Part shown: positions 61,362-64,000 of the stretch, one piece after another | Layout of the letters: every line of letters begins with the position of its first letter | Numbering within the stretch: the stretch's first letter is position 1 | DNA from: Planctomycetota bacterium | GTDB lineage: Bacteria > Planctomycetota > PLA2 > JAEUHO01 | Reading direction: 5' to 3' | Assembly (NCBI GenBank): GCA_965222115.1 | Contig: CBDCTJ010000007.1 | Location: 953,562-1,017,561 of the forward strand | DNA length: 64,000 bases | Notes under the pieces: generated by a model | Databases searched by the model: none | What the model saw: only the letters and a program-made list of their open reading frames with translations | Told to the model about the DNA's origin: nothing | Made by a program: the position numbers and the translations under genes

Positions 61362-62441
61362 ATGCCCGCGTGGCCCCTAGACGACATTCCCAATGAAGTC
61401 AGCCCCAATGAAGTCAGCATTCCCCATGAAGTCAAGCCCGTGGGTGAGGTCACTAGGGCCTATCGTGTCGAGTTTGTGACGCTGGACCCCGATGCACGGA
61501 TACATGCTCTTGCGCATCATGCAATCGCATTGAGCACGATGGCTGTAGGAGCCGACGCGAACGTGTTGGTGCCGTTTGAAACTACGGCAGACATGCCAAC
61601 ACGTCCCATGACGTTTGAGCCCGGCGTCGAACCGTTGCCGCTGTGGATCGTGGATGTTCCCCGTGATGCATTGGGAACTACACGCACCGTGGGGGCCGCA
61701 ATGGCCGCGTCCAACGTTCCGTCCAACCGGAGTCCGTATGGGTTGGGTATTACGGTCGCGGTGCCGATAGAGCTCGTGCCACCTGTCGATGTGCCGCCTA
61801 CCGATTTTCCGCGAGACGATTTGTCGCAGGAAGATTTGAATTCAAGCGGCGTGCCTCCATCCTGCGCGCCCACAGGTCTCTTCGGCGACCCGTTTGCCCT
61901 GTTGCGCGCCATATTCGGTTCATCCTCTGATGAATCTAGCGACGACTCCGGGAAGCAAGACGCACCCGTTGAAAACGAACCGGTCAAAGAGGCGGCGCCG
62001 TTCGAAGACGTTCCTGTTGCTGGCGATGAGGACGGTGGCGAAGACTTTGATTTGTACAAGCCATGGGGCTCGTACAACCCGTGGGATAACAACGACGAGA
62101 TCTTCGATGAAGATGAATACGACGTCTTTGTTGAGGAGGGCGACGATAGCGATGCGTACGACGTCTATGTTGATGGCGACGAGGATATCTTTGGTGCGGA
62201 CAAAGATCTAGACGGCGACGATGATGAAGATGTTGATGGGGAAGACCATCAAAACGACGAAGATGAAGATATGAGCGATTTTGGCGACGACTACGCGCTG
62301 ATCGATGATGTGGACGACGAGATTAATGACAATTACGATGACCTAGGGGCCGGTATAGGCCATCCCGACACCACGCTGGACGACTACGCCGATCCGGATG
62401 AGTCGCCGGACAGCGACTGGGACGCTAGCGAGTACGAATAG
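61362..62441 (+). CDS. hypothetical protein with an extremely acidic disordered C-terminal half
   Basis: The start is placed at the ATG at 61362, after the divergent nadE start (alternative GTG 61323). The listed ORF's upstream part is antisense to nadE. The C-terminus is about 45% Asp/Glu (DEDEYDVFVEEGDDSDAYDVYVDGDEDIFGADKDLDGDDDEDVDGED...). Confidence 0.5.
   Translation: MPAWPLDDIPNEVSPNEVSIPHEVKPVGEVTRAYRVEFVTLDPDARIHALAHHAIALSTMAVGADANVLVPFETTADMPTRPMTFEPGVEPLPLWIVDVPRDALGTTRTVGAAMAASNVPSNRSPYGLGITVAVPIELVPPVDVPPTDFPRDDLSQEDLNSSGVPPSCAPTGLFGDPFALLRAIFGSSSDESSDDSGKQDAPVENEPVKEAAPFEDVPVAGDEDGGEDFDLYKPWGSYNPWDNNDEIFDEDEYDVFVEEGDDSDAYDVYVDGDEDIFGADKDLDGDDDEDVDGEDHQNDEDEDMSDFGDDYALIDDVDDEINDNYDDLGAGIGHPDTTLDDYADPDESPDSDWDASEYE
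61389..61437 (+). repeat. in-frame 15-bp tandem repeat (2 exact copies plus 1 diverged)
   Basis: CCCAATGAAGTCAGC at 61389-61403 and 61404-61418, then attCCCCATGAAGTCAAGC. It encodes PNEVS-PNEVS-IPHEVK. Confidence 0.7.
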
Positions 62442-62539
62442 GCTCGATTCGAATGGGTATCGCTAGCAATAGGTGAGTGCAGCGAGGGTGGGGCTGGTTT
62501 TGCAACAGGCGAGATTGAAGAACCCGTCTTGTGGACTTG

Positions 62540-63838
62540 TTAGTCTTCGTCAGTGTTCTTTGATGTGAGGGACTTACCGTCGACGAGTTGAAGTAAGGCG
62601 TCGCCGTAGAGGCGGATGCGTTTGGGGCCAATGTCGGGGCACGATTCGAGGTCGCCTACGTGCTCGGGGTGTTCATCGAAGAGCCATTGAATGGCTGCGT
62701 TGGGGAGAATGACCCGCGGGATGACGCCTCGCTCAGCACTCTGTTCCTTGCGCCAATCGCGAAGTCGCTGTTCGAAGTCTTTGAGAAGCTTGCGTTTGAC
62801 GGGATCTATGGGTGGGCCATCGCGTGGGGCTTTTGCTGGTGGAATGTCACCAGCGTTGAAGTCTTTCTCCGCATTGCTCAGTACGCGTTCGATTATTTGG
62901 CGCCAGCGCGAACGCAGTTTGGGGGAGAGCCCGCGCCGTATGGCCTCTGACTTGGACGTGTGATCCACGCCGCGCGCGACGGCAATCATGACCTGCGGTG
63001 GAAACACCTTGAACGTGGGACGGTTGCGCCGCTCGGCTTCGGATTCGCGCCAATGAAAGAGGGCGCGTAGTGCGCAGCGGCCCTTGTCCTTGAGATCGCG
63101 TGCGCCTTTGATGCGACGCCAGCCTTCGGGATGCACGGTAACCACACGATTGACGCGCTGAGCCTGTCGCGCGAACTCAATCTGCGCCTCCTCAACAAGA
63201 TCAGCATCAACGAGGGCCTGGTCGTAGTGCTCGCGGAGCGCCGGCAGGTAGATCGTGTCGCGTTGCAGGTAGAGTCGCGCCGCGGGATCCACGGGGCGCG
63301 CGGTCCAGTCGGCCTTTTGAAATCGTTTGTCGAGTACGGCGCCAAAGTGCCGCTCCACCAACGCGGCGAGGCCCACACCCTCTTCGCCCAAGATCGTTGC
63401 GGCGAGCATCGTGTCGAAAATTTTGTGAAACGGAAACCCGTGATCGCGCCGAAGCATGGACACGTCGTAGTCGCCGCCATGAAGAATGATCTCTACGTCG
63501 TCGCGATCAAGCGCGTCCGCAAGCGGTGCCAGTGAATCCAGCGCATCCACATCAATAATGATGTCGGCCTCGGGAATCGTGATTTGGATGATGCAAATGC
63601 GATCCCGGTAGGTGTGGAGCGAGCTCCCCTCCGAATCAAGCGCCACCCGCGACGCGCGACCGATCAACCTCGCGACGTCCTCCATCCCCTTCGCCGAGTC
63701 CACCCATCGAGCGCGCCGTCGGGGCGGCGCGGACAAGCGCGGCGCCGCCTCCGTCGTTCGATCGTCGCGCGGCGGAATGTCAACATCGGGTTCGGGCATA
63801 GAGCTTCGTATACCACCGCCATGAACCCCGTGCGTCAT
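62540..63838 (-). CDS. rnd: ribonuclease D
   Basis: DEDDy 3'-5' exonuclease motifs (VALDSEGSSLHTYRDRICIIQI, ILHGGDYDVSML, LYLQRDTIYL) and a C-terminal HRDC-like region (RDWRKEQSAERGVIPRVILPNAAI). The start is ATG 63838 or 63799. Confidence 0.85.
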   Translation of the reverse strand: MTHGVHGGGIRSSMPEPDVDIPPRDDRTTEAAPRLSAPPRRRARWVDSAKGMEDVARLIGRASRVALDSEGSSLHTYRDRICIIQITIPEADIIIDVDALDSLAPLADALDRDDVEIILHGGDYDVSMLRRDHGFPFHKIFDTMLAATILGEEGVGLAALVERHFGAVLDKRFQKADWTARPVDPAARLYLQRDTIYLPALREHYDQALVDADLVEEAQIEFARQAQRVNRVVTVHPEGWRRIKGARDLKDKGRCALRALFHWRESEAERRNRPTFKVFPPQVMIAVARGVDHTSKSEAIRRGLSPKLRSRWRQIIERVLSNAEKDFNAGDIPPAKAPRDGPPIDPVKRKLLKDFEQRLRDWRKEQSAERGVIPRVILPNAAIQWLFDEHPEHVGDLESCPDIGPKRIRLYGDALLQLVDGKSLTSKNTDED

Positions 63839-64000
63839 GCGCGGGCTGTGTTTGGGGAAGTTGTTGGGGTGATCCGCAACCTTGCGTTCTTTTTGGGGGA
63901 ATCCTATTACCAGGGTTCGGAAGCCTCACCCTTCGCTATCAACTTCCATGCCTTCGGCATGGTCTTGAGTTTCCAATACGTGTGGCGGTTCGAAGAAGAG

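Noticed and set aside
63839-64000. Possible partial gene at the right edge.
   Set aside because: No open frame of useful length or recognisable motif lies in the last 160 nt. It is treated as the rnd upstream region.

Overview
This is a high-GC (by eye roughly 60-65% G+C), gene-dense chromosomal segment. It holds about 50 protein genes on both strands, one tRNA and one mobile element.

**Housekeeping anchors:** tRNA-Ala(CGC), ligA, groES-groEL, nadE, rnd, a glutamate dehydrogenase, an RlmI-like rRNA methyltransferase, cvpA and a fatty-acid desaturase.

**Other content:** The genes between these anchors suggest a Myxococcota/deltaproteobacteria-like organism (inference only).
- Three AAA+/VWA modules.
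- Several HEAT-repeat and secreted low-complexity proteins.
- An FHA plus Ser/Thr-kinase pair.
- An HD-GYP response regulator next to a PilZ protein and a processive GT2 synthase.
- A near-consensus sigma-54 promoter.
- A very long pyruvate:ferredoxin-oxidoreductase-like protein.
- A cysteine-less NifB-like protein.
- A bacilliredoxin.

**Accessory DNA:** The only clearly accessory DNA is a lower-GC islet at about 49.0-52.3 kb. It carries an orphan gene, about 590 nt of unexplained non-coding sequence and an intact, compact group II intron (RT/maturase plus domain V/VI).

**Not found:** I found no CRISPR array, rRNA, prophage, or recognisable defence or toxin-antitoxin system apart from a decayed higA remnant beside the tRNA.

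**Bottom line:** I cannot defend any single locus as a demonstrably new system. The best candidates for follow-up are:
- the M50 protease-MoxR-VWA-repeat protein cluster (19.5-26.6 kb);
- the GT2/HD-GYP/PilZ neighbourhood (30.3-34.0 kb);
- the sigma-54 regulatory region ahead of a receiver-like ORF and groESL (39.9-40.5 kb);
- the NifB-like protein without cluster ligands (17.2-18.5 kb);
- the low-GC islet.

All family assignments are by-eye motif recognition. No searches were run.
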